This document shows, one piece after another, positions 1-13,519 of a DNA stretch of 64,000 bases. Origin of the DNA: the human T2T-CHM13v2.0 reference genome, Homo sapiens. A program made the translations under genes and the position numbers. The stretch lies in NCBI RefSeq assembly GCF_009914755.1, contig NC_060927.1; one strand, written 5' to 3'. Position 1 is the stretch's first letter, and each line of letters starts with the position of its first letter. The notes beneath the pieces are model-generated. The model was not told the DNA's origin, searched no databases, and worked only from the letters and a program-made list of their open reading frames with translations.

Positions 1-330
1 GGATTGGAGGAGATAAGTATAGGCAGGCTCCAAGCAGTAAAACCCAACCTCCTCAGTTTCATCTGGAGCCGTAGAATGAGATGGCATTAGGAAGTCACAA
101 GGAATGGGCGTTATCTGATGGCTGTTCAGGGAAAGGGAGATCAGTCAAGTTTTTGCCATTGCTTCTCACAGCTTAACAAGAGTCCCCATTGTCTACAGTG
201 ACACAGAAAAGCTACCAGGAGCTTAGTAGACCCTGGAGGACTTCATAATCCAACTTCCCCTAAAATCCAAGAACTTCAGGAAAACTCCAAGAGGAAACAA
301 AGCTTTACAAATTTTCTGGATGACTTAGAT

Positions 331-599
331 CAGTGGTCTCCAAATAATTTTGATTGCAATCTGCTTTAGGTAAAAAAGAATCTGAGCATGTGCCCTCTAA
401 CTAGGGTCACTCACTACAAGATTACATCCCTGTATGCTGTTATATCCATATAACATGTTGATTTGTTTTAAACAGCATCAAAAATAGAAACAGTACAAGT
501 ATAAGATAAAAACAAATAAAAATCAGAATTATAATATTCTTCCTACCCTCCATATTCCCTTGCTTACTGGGTGACTACATCTCACTTTGGGGACCACTG
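331..599 (+). mobile_element. hAT-Charlie MITE, MER112-like, complete
   Basis: Terminal inverted repeats CAGTGGTCTCCAAA (331) and TTTGGGGACCACTG (586-599). 8-bp TSD ACTTAGAT/AGTTAGAT (7/8). The AT-rich interior resembles the MER112 consensus as I recall it. Confidence 0.8.
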
Positions 600-699
600 A
601 GTTAGATAAAGCATTCTAATTATGTACAGCGGACAAGAATAATCAGACTCAGACCCAGTAGGTTGTGTCAATATTAGGAAGGATAGAAATACTTGTGAT

Positions 700-1045
700 A
701 GGAAAACATTGGAAACAATTGGTCTATTCAAAGATGAATAACCAGTCAAATTTATATCCATTTGTCAGACAATTAAGCAACCATTTAAAATAATATTTCC
801 AAAGAATATTCCTTGGCACAGAAAATTTTTCATGGTGTGGTATTACATGAAAAAAAATGAATAATAGAAAGATTCCAATTTTATAAAATAAAAAAGTATC
901 AATGTGTCATAGAAAAAACTGGGCAGAAATGTATTGAGGTGTGGCTGAATTGTGGCTAATTTTACATTTCTATCTGATCTTTTCTGTACTTTCCAAATGC
1001 TCTACAATGAAAATTTTCCACTACATAATTATAAAAACACAATAA
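700..1045 (+). mobile_element. Old L1M (L1ME/MC-like) 3' end remnant
   Basis: L1M 3'UTR-like stretches such as GCAACCATTTAAAA and TTTTCTGTACTTTCCAAAT..TCTACAATGAA, followed by an A-rich end. Boundaries approximate. Confidence 0.5.
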
Positions 1046-1489
1046 TTTGGTAAAGAAAGCATTGCAAATAAGTCCACCAGGCAGTAAAGATCAGTGACTC
1101 TGAGGACGCACCTACAAATCTAGTGAGACATTAAAAGGGTTAGAAATAAAATTTTAAAAACAAAAAATCAAAACTCTAAGCATAATGTAAAGGAATCTGG
1201 GCTCGCAGCAATACTCAGGATACGCATTCACCCCGACCCTCTACAGACATCCACCCTGCATGTGCTGGTCATGTCACAGGCTCTAGGTGAGGCCCTGGGA
1301 TGTAAAGATGCTTCCGATGCAAGCGCCCTGCCCTAGAGTATTTCAGTCAGTTGTCTTGTGTTCTCATGCTGTGTTATCAGAAACAAAAAGCAAAAATACT
1401 TTCTTCCCTTATGCAAAGCCGCTTTTTGTTTTTCTGTTAAACAAAGCAGTTAAGAGATGTTCTCGCCACCACAACCCGGAAAGGTACAA

Positions 1490-2150
<661 letters not shown>

Positions 2151-5100
2151 GACAGAATTGCGAATGACCTCCCTTGCTCACTTCCTCTTGCTCTCTGTCT
2201 CTAAAGCAGGCATGGTCTTTAGAGGCTGGGCTGGTGTTTGCTCTAAAGGATTTCCCCTAGTGGCCAGGCAAGGTCAGGATCCCCATTCCATGCTCCCACA
2301 GCATCCCGTATTTAACTCATCGTAGCTCTGACCACACTGTATTACAATTCCTCCTTGATATGCCTGAGCTCTGTGAGGATGTGACAGAGGCAGAGCCAGT
2401 ACTGAGTAGGTGCTCAATAAATGTGGGTTGAAAGAAAGAGTGTGTGACCCTACCTGTCCTGTCCCCAAGCCTGGGAGGTATGCCAAGCACTGCATTTAAT
2501 CAAGACTAAATTTTGAGAGCTTCCGACACTGGCAGGAATGCTGATTACTCTCTGGTCCTCACTTGCCACTGCTCCCGACTCCAAAACCATACATTCCCGG
2601 AGCAGAAAATCTGGTAGAATGGCAGGGAGCACTGGCTGCTTAGGATACACTCTCAGAGCAAGGGCCCCAAGTAGTCACACAAGAATATCTTATCTGAGGA
2701 AATGGCTCTTAAAAGCTCCTGGGCGGCTAATATCTTTTATCCCCCCTCCTCTTATCGTCCCCCAGACTTGCTCAACAGACAGTTCTGTTGTCCACTGTTG
2801 TGGGCTTCTGAGCTTTCATCTGCAAATCAATTCCCTGGAAATTTCACAATAAAGTACACTGAGCTCTGTTATATCAAGGACACAGTCTCCTATATCTCCT
2901 CTAAAACCTTGTTTCATAACATTAATCTTATCCAGAAGTGTGCCAAGATTCTTCAGATTGAGGGCATGGGGATTTTAATTTATTTTTCCATTAATGATCA
3001 GCATCCATGCTAAACCTGTAAATATTACTTCTATTAATGCAGTGCAATGCTAATTTTTAATCCAAATAAACAGAGTGAGCAATTCAGGGACACAACTTGC
3101 CCCAATAGGGCTTTTGCAAATCTGCATTTGGCTTAGGAGACAAAAGAGGGGAATACTTTGTATTCTGGGAAGTTGCAGTGGTCAGCTAGGATTCAGTTTC
3201 CTCATTCTTAAGATTTCTCCAGGATATATGGGAAGGGGAGGAAAAATAAATCAGAAGTACAGATCATAATATCACACAGCTGTTAAAGCTGAAAAGGATT
3301 TTAAGGACTTTCTACTCAAAAGCCTTTTTTTTACAGGTATGAAATGTAGTCACAGATGAGGATGTATGGCCCATGAGTAACTGTACAAAGTCCAGAAATG
3401 GCAACCTCCTTCAGGTTCTCAGAAATGGGATGGAGTGACCACAGTGGCAGAGCACTCTGTTGCTGAGTTTGTAATTATCATTCAGGTGCCAGTGCCCACC
3501 AGGGTCATCATATGCCACAGGTTCTCCCAGTCAGTGCTCATTTGAAATATTCTATTACATAGGTCCCATAAATGTAGTTTAAAATGTCAGATATTTACTC
3601 TGATTTAGGGTTCCCAAAATACACTCTCTAGAATTACACAAAACCTATAGAGGTAAAAAGTTAGGTCCTGCTGGGAGTCCCAGGAGCCTAGACCTAGACC
3701 CTGCCAGGACTCAGATCCAAGGCATGGTGAGCCCAGGTCTGGAAGTGCTCCAGATGTTCCGGGCCTCCAACACAAGAAGGAAAAGACACAGAGAAACTCA
3801 AGATAAAGTGGTTGCCCATAATTATCAGTCTAGAGGCCATGGGAACTGATGTTTCTAGGCAGTCAGGTGGGAGGAGAAATAAAGGTCACAATCACTCCCT
3901 GAGCGGTCTCCACAAGTGGCATTTCTCAACAGTTTTCAAGATAACAAGTTGATGTGATGGTTATAAAGACTATGATAGGAAAAAGCATTATGGAAAGCAG
4001 ATGTGAAATACAGGATTGGACTGTCACTAGTCATACTGTAAGTCTCTATGGCAGATGGACTTCAAGTGACAGCTGCTTTCTGTGCTCACCCTCCTACCAC
4101 CCAACAATTCCATCTCTGCCCTGTGAGACCTGGGTTATCCTTCTGGAGCTGAGGTAGGAGCAGGGGAGAAAACATGCTGATATGATGGGGATCTGCATTC
4201 CAAAAGATCTCTGTTCTCTATTGAGCTAGATAAGGTAAAGGCCAAACCAGGGGACAAAAGTACTCCACCTTGCAGTCAGGCAGTGATTCCTTCAAAGAAG
4301 ACTCAAATGACACACTTGCTGAAACTCTGCACATGGTGCTCAATGCCCTGAAAGTCTGGCCTGCTGGGAGAAGACACGAACCACGATAGGGTTCATAAGC
4401 TGATGTTTGTGGATCTGACTTGCAGTCCACTTGTCCCCTTGAGAACAACAGTTTCAAAGTATGGCTGAATGTCCCTTGGCTTGGGATTGCAGACTGCTGA
4501 AGGATAATGAGAGGAATAACAAGATCAGGCAATAGCTGGACAGGGTAGGTCCAGGCCAGAGTCTCTGCCATCCAACACCCTGGACCACAGAGGGCTTTCC
4601 TTCCACTGGGCTTAGGCATGTGACACTTAGGTAAATATTGACACACTTCACAAGGAAGAACAAATACAATTTTTATTAATTATATATTTAAAGTTCAGTT
4701 TATTCAGACATCTACTCTTTTTTTCATTGTGTTTAATTTTGGGGGTGTTAATGGTGGTAGTGGAACCCTTTTGATTACAAACTGAGATAAACCACCTGTC
4801 ATTAAGAGATCTGAGATCTGTTTGTTATTGCTCATTTGCAGGAAGCAGCAAGACCTTGAGAACAGGAGCAAAAACTACAGTAGGACCGAGACAGCTATTA
4901 TGCAACACACTATTTCAGGCGGACACAGAAAGCTCCTCTTTCAGAAAAGGAACTAAGGGAGGAAATGAAAAAGGAAAAACTCATGGAGTCCACCTTTTGC
5001 CATATTTTCACACTTTCTGGACTGTACATAAGTTTCCACTTTTTCCGATGCTTCTGTAACTTGAAGAAAATAATCTCATAAGCTCTAGGATCTGGCTTTG

Positions 5101-5499
5101 GAAGGAAAGGTGGAGAGAAACAGACTAGACTGTGATCAGGTAACCAAAAATATGTGATTTCTAACCTCTGTCAGCATTTTGGACTGTGAATGTATGGAGA
5201 CCCTGAATAGATGACCCTCTGCTTAGCGGACACTTCAATGGGTGTTTGGATATAGGAACCTGGGTGAAGAGCTTGGTTTGGGTTGAAGAGGGGAAATGAA
5301 CTGCTCTGTTTAAGAAAGTGATAGGAAGATAAAGATAAATTGAGTCCAAGCACAGACTTAACAAGGAGTACTGAGCTACCATAATCCCAGTTCAGGGGAG
5401 CTGAGGCCGTCCATGCCTACTGGGGAGTCCTCCATATTCCTCCAACTCCACATTCCCAAAGGCTACAATCCTGTTGATCCTGTCCCCCCATACATACAC

Positions 5500-5555
5500 T
5501 TTCTCTCTATCTCTCTCTTTCTCTCTCTCTGTTTCCCCTCTCTTTCTTTCTCTCC
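5500..5555. repeat. (TC)n-rich simple repeat
   Basis: TTCTCTCTATCTCTCTCTTTCTCTCTCTCTG... pyrimidine tract. Confidence 0.8.
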
Positions 5556-6834
5556 ACCACCCCCACCCAGGGTTCCTCATGGAAATCAAGTGCCTTCTTG
5601 CTTTAAGTAGCAGCCAGAGTATCCAAGCTACTAATCCCCCACCACAGACACCCACTACTCCCTACTCCCCTCCATACTTACCACAGACAAGTCTTCTGTG
5701 AATTTCTAGGTTTCTGGAATGCAGGGTCGGGACTGGAAGAGAAGATGAAGAGGATGGAGAAAGCTCATAGACACACAAGCCAGCAATCATCCCTCTTCTT
5801 TCTACACCAATTATGGATCTGTGCTTTCCTGTCTACTAATCTCACCAGCCTGGCTCTGTATCCCACATTTGATGCCTTATCGTGCTATTGTGTGAGGCAA
5901 ATAACTCTATTGCCCAAGCCTAAGACTCTCCCTATTACTTGGTCCTAAGCAATGAGGAAAAATGGAAAAAGGCCACTGTGGGCTAGTAAGATTGCCTTCT
6001 AAATTTTCAGTTGAACTTCTGGCTCCCAGGTTCAGAAGGACAGTAACTATGGAAAATGAGGAACACTTGGAGCTAAATGTAAAAGATAAATTTAAGATTA
6101 ATAAAATATGATATTTCCTTGTATTTATAATAGTGGTGGTTGAGGTAAAAAAGGCATATGAAGATTGTTGATCCATTTTTAAAAATGGCAGCTTAGTAGA
6201 GGGTTTTGGGAGTGGGGAAACTATTTTCCCAAAAGGGCCTTGTATTGCTTAGACTTACTACAGAGTCTGCTGGGAAATGGAGTCCATTTGTCTAATAACC
6301 ATATGCCTGCCCTATCTGCATTCCTCAAGTCATTATGATGTATCAGGTACTACTTTCTTTCTCCAGATGCTAATCCCAATAAAGCTATTTCTTCTGGGGA
6401 AAAAAATAAATGAATAGCTGGGAGTTTGTGGTTTGTGACTTGAGAGCCAGAAAATGGAATAGAAGTCTCAGAAGGAAGAAAGAAGGCAGCACGGCAGACC
6501 TATTGGGGATTGTGGCTAATTTTAGAATTGTGGCATTAGTTATAATGCCTCTTATTCAATTTTAAGTGATTGCCTATAAGCTCTACCCATTATCCATAGA
6601 CAGTCCTTAAGTAAAAGTCTCCGGTGCACACAAAATGTGTTAGTGTTAACTTGGGATAGATTTAAGGAATTGGGGAGGTCTTCAGCTTGAAGCAAAGATG
6701 TATGGAAAATTAATAGTGGTCAAAGTAGGAAAGGCACAGGCAAAAATCCAAAATTCAGGAAAGCAAAATATTAAATTAAAAGCTAAGTAGGAGAAACACC
6801 AGCTTCCAAATAAACTTTAATATGAAGTTACTGG

Positions 6835-6922
6835 TTGTTATAGACTGAAGTCCTTCTAAAATTCATTTGTTGAAATCCTAACCCCTAATGAGATGGTAAT
6901 AGGAAATGTGACCTTTGGGAAA
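6835..6922 (+). mobile_element. MLT1 (MaLR) LTR 5' fragment
   Basis: TGTTATAGACTGAA...AATTCATTTGTTGAAATCCTAACCCCTAATGAGATGGTAATAGGAAATGTGACCTTTGGGA. Truncated after about 90 bp. Confidence 0.7.
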
Positions 6923-6929
6923 AATCAGT

Positions 6930-7945
6930 GTTCATATTTCTTTGTTGTCTTTCTTCTGATCTTTTACAGTTTGATTCAATTCAGATACAAATAAGGTCCA
7001 CATATTATAATTGTTGATATCTAGCCTAAGTATCTTTTAACCTAAAGGTTCCCCTTTCCTCTCTCTCTCGTCTTTTCTTTGTAATTTAGTTGATAAGTAA
7101 ACTGGATTGTTTTTCCTAAAGGGTTTTCCACTGTCTGGATTTTGCTAATTAGATCCCATGGTTTCATTTGATGAGTTCCTCTGTTCCTCTAAATTGCTAG
7201 AGCTAAGGGCTTGATTAGATTCAAGTTTGTTTGTTTTCTTGTTTCTGTTCTTTTTTTTTTTTTTTTTTGGCAAAACCACTTCACTGGTGGAGTTGTGTAC
7301 TTTCTTCAGGAGATCCATAATGCCCACGTGTCTCTGTGTTGTTAGCAGTATTGATGATCATTGCATAGATCCAACAATTCATTCATGGTTACCAAATATT
7401 AATGTTCTAATTATATCACTTCTTCTTCACTTAGTATTATCTGTATAATAATATAAAGAAGAACTTTCCTTTATCATTAATTTGCTTACTCTGAGGTATA
7501 GCTCTTGTAGAAAGGAAAGATAATTCCTGGATAATTTCCTTGTATTTACCAGTTTTCAGAATAATAAATTTATTTCCTAATTTTCTATCTGTTACTACTG
7601 AGTTTCTTCTTTACTGTTACTTTTTAGCCACCTCATGAATTTATGAATTCAAATATATTTGATATGATATCAATCCATTAAACTGTATCTGTATCAGTGG
7701 CCAAATCATTCCATTTTTGGATAGTGGTAGCCTTTTCAATTTGGAATCTGAGTCTTTGACAAAACCTTAGTAGTCTTTCATTAATTATCTCCTTGATTTT
7801 TAGTATAATATGATACTTAAGGCTTGCCTTGTTCATTTCCTGTTTCAGAGCTGAAATAAGCCGTTTTTTGTAAAGAACAGTCCTTTTCAGGGAAATACTT
7901 GGAGACCATAGTGTGGATACTAGGGGTGCTCATTGCTTCTGGGTT
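6930..7945 (-). mobile_element. L1MC4-like 3' region
   Basis: L1MC-type antisense motifs: GGCTTGATTAGATTCAAG, GGCAAAACCACTTCA, GAGACCATAGTGTGGATACTAGGGGTGCTCATTGCT. Confidence 0.65.
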
Positions 7946-10347
7946 GAAGCACATCAAAATATTAATCTACCACAATCAAGTAGGCTTCACCCCCAGGATA
8001 CAAGGTTGGTTGAACATACGAAAATCAATAAATGTGATTCACCACATGAACGGAACTAAAGACAAAAACCACTTGATTATCTCAATAGATGCAGAAAAGG
8101 TTTTTGATAAAATTCAACATCCCTTCATGTTAAAAACTCTGTATAAACTAGATATTAAAGAAACATACCTCAAACTAATAAGAGCCATCTATGTCAAATC
8201 CACAGCCAACATCATACTGAATGGGCAAAAGCTGGAAGTATTCACCTTGAAAACCAGCACAAGACAAGGAAGCCCTTTCTCATCACTCCTATTCAACATG
8301 GTATTGAAAGTCCTAGCTAGAGCAATCAGGCAAGAGAAAGAAATAAAGGGCACCCAAATAGGAAGAGAGGAAGTTAAACTATCCCTGTTTGCGTGATATG
8401 ATTCTACATCTAGAAAACCTGATAGGCTCAGCCCAAAAGCTTCTTTAGCTGATGAACAACTTCAGTAAAATTTCATGATAGAAAATCAATGTGCAAAAAT
8501 CACTAGCATTCCTGTATACCATCCACAGTCAAGCTGAGAGCCAAATCAGGATAGCAATCCCATTCACAACTGCCACAAAAAGAATAAAATACCTAGGAAT
8601 ACAGCTAACCAGAGAAGTGAAAGATCTCTACAGTGAGAATCGTAAAACACTGCTCAAAGAAATCAGAGAAGACACAAAAAAATGGAAAAACATTTCATGC
8701 TCACAGATAGGAAGAATCAATTTCATTAAAATGGCCACCCTGCCCAAAGCAATGTATACATTCAATGCTATTCCTATCAAACTACTAACAGAATTATTCA
8801 TAGAATAATAAAAAACTATTTTAAAATTCATATGAAACCAGAAAAGAGCCCAAATAGTCAAGGTAAACCGAAGCAAAAGAACAAAAGCTGGAGGCATCAC
8901 GTTACCCAACTTCAAACTATACTACAAGGCTACAGTAACCAAAACAGCATGGCACTGGTACAAAAACAGGTACATAGACGAATGGAACAAAATAGAGAAC
9001 CCAGAAGTAAAGTTGCACACCTATGACCATCTGATCTTCAACAAAGCTGACAAAAACAAGCAATAAGGGAAAGACTCCCTTCTCAATAAATGCTGCTGGA
9101 GTAACTGGTTAGCCATATGCAGAAGATCGAAGCTGGACTCCTCCCTTATGCCATATATAAAAATCAACTCAAGATGGATTAAAAACTTAAATGTAAAACC
9201 CAAAACTATAAAAACCCTGGAAGACAACCTAGGCAATACCATCCTGGACATAGGAACTAGCAAATATTTCATGACAAAGACACCAAAAGCAATTGCAACA
9301 GAAGCAAAAATTGACAAGTGGGATCTAATTAAGCTTAGGAGCTTCTGCACAGCAAAAGAAACTATCAACACAGTAAACAGACAACCTACAGAATTGGAGA
9401 AAATATTTGCAAACTATGCATCTGACAAAGGTCTAATATCCAGCATCCATAAGGGACTAAAACAAATTAACAAGAGAAAAACAAACAACCCCTTTAAAGA
9501 AGTAAGCAAAGGGCATGAACAGACACTTTCCAAAAGAAGACATACATGTGGCCAACAACCATATGAAAAAAAGTTCAATATCCCTGATCATTAGAGAAAT
9601 GCAAGTTAAAACCACAGTGAGATATTACCTCACCCCAGTCTGAATGGCCATTACTAAAAAGTTAAAAAAAAAAAAAGATGCTGGCAAGGTTGCAAAGAAA
9701 AGGGAACACTTACACACTGTTGGTGGGAGTGTAAATTAATTCATTGTGGAAAGCAGTATGGTGATTCCTCAAAGAGCTAAAAGCAGAACTACCATTTGAC
9801 TCAGCAATATACCCATTACTTGGCATAAGCCCAGAGGAATATAAATCATTCTATCATAAAGAGACACGCATGCAAATGTTCATTGCAGCACAATTCACAA
9901 TAGCAAAGACATGGAATCAACCTAAATGCCGATCAATGACAGATTGGATAAAGAAAATGTGGTACATAAACACCATGGAACACTATGCAGCCATCAAAAA
10001 GAACAAGATCATGTCTTTTGTGGGAATATAGGCATTGCTGGAGGCTATTATCCTTAGCAAACTAACATAGAAACAGAAAACCAATACTACATGTTTTTAC
10101 TTATAAGTGGGAGCTAAGTGATGAGAAATCATGAACACAAAGAAGGGAACAGACACTGGGGTCTACTTGAGGGTGGAGGTTCGAAGGAGGGAGAGGTGCA
10201 GAAAAGGTAACTATTGGGTGCTGGGCTTAATACCTTTTTACAGAAACAGTTTGTACAACAAACCCCCATGCCATGAGTTTACCTATGTAAGAAACCTTCA
10301 CATGTACCCCCGAACCTAAAATAAAAATTTTAAAAAGAAAAAGAAAG
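7946..10347 (+). mobile_element. 5'-truncated L1PA (L1PA13-16-like): dead ORF2 RT/C-terminus, 3'UTR and A-tail
   Basis: ORF-track peptides are clear L1 ORF2 ([13 protein letters not shown]..., [38 protein letters not shown]). The catalytic FADD is broken (TTTGCGTGA at about 8388-8396), with multiple stops and frameshifts. Old-L1PA 3'UTR ends in AATAAA plus an A-rich tail. Confidence 0.95.
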
Positions 10348-10377
10348 CTGCATATACCATGATTTTCTATATCCACT

Positions 10378-11060
10378 CTCAAAAAATTAAAAATAGGATT
10401 ACCATATGCTCCAGCAAGTCCACTTATGTGTATATACCCAAAATAAATGTATATATACCCAAAATAAATGAAAACAGGGTCTTGAAGAGATATTTGTAAC
10501 CCATCTTCATACTAGCATTGTTCACAATAGCTAATACATGGAAGCAACTCAAATGTTCATCAACAAATGAATGGGTAAACAAAATGTGGCATGTACATAT
10601 AATGAAATATTACTCAGCCTTATAAAGGAAGAAAATTCTGCAATGTGCTACAACATGGGTGAACCTTGAGGAGATTATGCTAAGTGAAAGAAGCCAGTCA
10701 CAAAAAGACAAATACTGTGTGATTCCACTTCTGTGAAGTACTTAGAGTAATCAAAATCATAAAGACAGAAAGTAGAATGGTGGTTGCCAGGGGCTGTGAG
10801 AAAAGAGGAATGGCGACTTATGGTTTAACAGGCATAGAGTTTCAATTTTATAAGATGAAAGGAATTATGGAAATGGATGGTTGTGATGGTTACTCAGTAT
10901 TATGCCACTGAGCAGCCTGGAATTGACTAAGTTTCACATGAGATTAACTTGGACTCTGCTCTTAGTTACAATCTGAGATGATCCAGGAATACCTTTACAC
11001 TATCAATGGTAAGTTTTATTTTATGTGTATTTTACCATAATAAAAAAAAATAGAAAAAAA
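10378..11060 (+). mobile_element. L1MB-like 3' end, containing a 96-bp foreign insert
   Basis: TTACCATATG.TCCAGCAA, AAGCCAGTCACAAAAAGACAAATACTGT, ACAGAAAGTAGAATGGTGGTTGCCAGGGGCTG, ending in TATGTGTATTTTACCATAATAAAAAA. Confidence 0.85.
10913..11008 (-). repeat. Inverted repeat arm A (derived copy of 12486-12581)
   Basis: Manual alignment to the reverse complement of 12486-12581 gives 90/96 identity with no gaps. Confidence 0.95.
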
Positions 11061-11659
11061 CTTATACCACCTCTCTCACATACTTACATTACCTGCCTGG
11101 CCCTGGAATGTTGGGAACCCCTGACCCAGACCCTAAATTCTAAGAGAATCCTAACCCAAAGATTTAGAGATTCTCTGTATTCTGCAGCATTTTGAAACAC
11201 TTTCTGCCACAAATCCTTTGGATGTTGCTAGTCTGCAGTTCAGTCAAACTCAGTAAGCATTTTTTGACCCATTCTACCTCTATCTTTAAATCTTGAATCC
11301 AAAAGATTTTATTAACATCAATTTATTGACAAAAATATCTTTGTATGACTCAATGAAATATTTCACTTTATCCTGTTTTCTAAACAAAAATACTTTTAGA
11401 TTCTTAAAAATCATTGGTTTGATTTGACCTAGTGAGAAAAGTGAAGCCAAAGTAGCATATCTTATTTAGATAAAGTAATTGCAGTGGCATGAGTAACTGT
11501 GTTTGTCCTCCTTGATTAACTTTAAGATGAATCCCGAAATTAGTTCATGGATACCACAATAGAATAATTCTGTTGGGGAAACCCTGTCTCTGAGGAGCAA
11601 ATGACTGGCCTCTTTCAAACTGCTTTAGAGGACTACAATTTGTAACAGTAAAACAATCT

Positions 11660-11860
11660 GGGGGTAGTGGAATGAACTATACCTAGAATTAGTTTACAAG
11701 AGTTTGAAGATTGACTCTGTCAGTACTTTGCCTTGGGCAAGTCATCCTACCTTTCTGAGCCTGTTTCTCAGATTTCTCTATGAAATAGATAAATAGAATA
11801 GGAATAATTTTATCCACTTTTACAGGGATGTTGGAGGTTTAAACAAGATCATGAATGGAG
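11660..11860 (+). mobile_element. MIR fragment
   Basis: MIR core: GCCTTGGGCAAGTCATCCTACCTTTCTGAGCCTGTTTCTC...GGATGTTGGAGGTTTAAA. Confidence 0.7.
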
Positions 11861-12485
11861 AGAGAGAGACTGGCAGATAAATGTTTACTTATTGCTTCCT
11901 CCTTGTTATTTGAAGGTGGAGTGAAACCATATCTTAGCAAAAAAAAAGAACATGGTATGTTCTTCCAAAATTCACAGAAGTACTTTAGAAAAAAAATCTT
12001 CGTAGATATTTTCCAGTTAGAACCATCTTAAAGTGAGGAGACAATGACTCTGAAGAGACACTGCACTGTTGATTCAGAGGAAAGGGTAAGTTGCTATTTG
12101 GAAGAAGATAAAGATGTGGAATTGAAGATAACATATTTCTTACAAATTTCTAGACTTCTCAATGGTTCTTGCTCCTGAACTGGATGATTTATAGAAAACT
12201 ATAAGCTGTGTCCAAAATGGATATATTATACCCACAGTATTTGCCCTAACCAATGTATTAGAACTGATAAGATTGTTTTATCTATAGATTTATGTCATGG
12301 TCCCTGGCAAATAGCCATGGAGGAGGTATCTCTATAGCAACACTTATAACACCAATTGGGATGTTGGATTTTAATGAGTTCAATTTGAACCAAGAACTGT
12401 TTATGTCTTTACAAAGGTTGGTCAATGAAATATACAAAGGGCTGAGCACTTTTACCATGGCCTGTGTTCATAAAATTGCTCTATT

Positions 12486-12581
12486 CATCGATAGTGTAAA
12501 GGTATTCCTGGGTCATCTCAGATTGTAACTCAGAACAGAGTCCAAGTTAATCTCAAGTGAAACTTAGTCAATACCAGGCTG
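12486..12581 (+). repeat. Inverted repeat arm B (probable template copy)
   Basis: Reverse complement of 10913-11008 at 90/96 identity. Confidence 0.95.
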
Positions 12582-13497
12582 ACTCCCAGGACCCAAAGTT
12601 GGTAAAAAGATAGAATGCAAGAGTCTCACCTTGTTATTTTTTGGCCAAATTACACCTGGAATATTGTGTTCAAATTCTGTTTCCCACACTTACAAAGGGA
12701 CTTTAACAAACTGTAGCATGTTCCAAGAAAAGCAAAATTTCTGGAAACCATTATGGATGAGGTCTTGTTCAAAGACTGAATAAAAGGTGAAGATTTATTG
12801 AGAGCCAAAACCTGTTCTTAAATGCTCCACAGTCTGCCAAAGCATTGGGATTATTTTCTGTGGTCCCTGAAGACAGAATGAATGGGTAGAGGTTACACAT
12901 AGGCAGATCTCAAATCACAACCAAAATAGTGTTTTCTTATGCTTATGTATGACTGAATATACATAATGGGCTATCCAAAGAGATGGTGCATTCTCTGGCA
13001 CTAAAAGTAAGCATGCAGAATCTAGACAACCACTTTCCAGCAGTGCTGTAGAGGAGCTATAAGCACCAGCAGCAGAGTTGCTTGGAGGACCCCTAAAGTC
13101 ACTGTTATTGTCTGAATGTTTGTGTCCTCCTAAAACTCATATGTTAAAAATCCTAATCCCCGAAATGATAGTATTAAGAAATGGGCCTAATGGGAGGTAG
13201 TTAGGTCATATGGATGATGTCCTCATGAATGGAATTCTTGCTCTTATTAAAGAGGCTCAAGAAAGTTGCCTTGCTCCTTCCACCATGTAAGGTTACAGCA
13301 AAAAGCTGCCAACTATAAGCTAGGAAACAGGCCCTTATGAGACATCAAATCTGTTGGCCCCTTGGTCTTGGACATTTCAGACTCTGGAACCATGAGAAAT
13401 AAACTTATTTTGTTTATAGACTACTCAGTGTATAGTATTTTGTTATAGCAGCCTGAACAGACTAAGACCGTCACCTAGCTCTGACATTCTGTGCTTC
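12490..13497 (+). mobile_element. CR1/L3 LINE 3' remnant, interrupted by MLT1A
   Basis: ACACCTGGAATATTGTGTTCAAATTCTG..CCACAC, ACAAACTGTAGCATGTTCCAAG and CTGGAAACCAT. The terminus CCCTAAAGTCAC|CTAGCTCTGACATTCTGTG is split by the LTR. Left boundary uncertain. Confidence 0.65.
13103..13469 (+). mobile_element. MLT1A/A0 solo LTR
   Basis: TGTTATTGTCTGAATGTTTGTGTCC ... GTTATAGCAGCCTGAACAGACTAAGAC. Perfect 5-bp TSD GTCAC at 13098-13102 and 13470-13474. Confidence 0.9.
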
Positions 13498-13519
13498 CCC
13501 GAAAATTGCAGTTTGTGAG

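Noticed and set aside
4218-4646. 142-aa minus-strand ORF
   Set aside because: Non-ATG start, no homology I recognise, random-like composition.
7899-9594. ORFs of 165, 105 and 148 aa with reverse-transcriptase similarity
   Set aside because: They are fragments of a dead L1 ORF2 with the catalytic motif disrupted, not a gene or a novel RT system.
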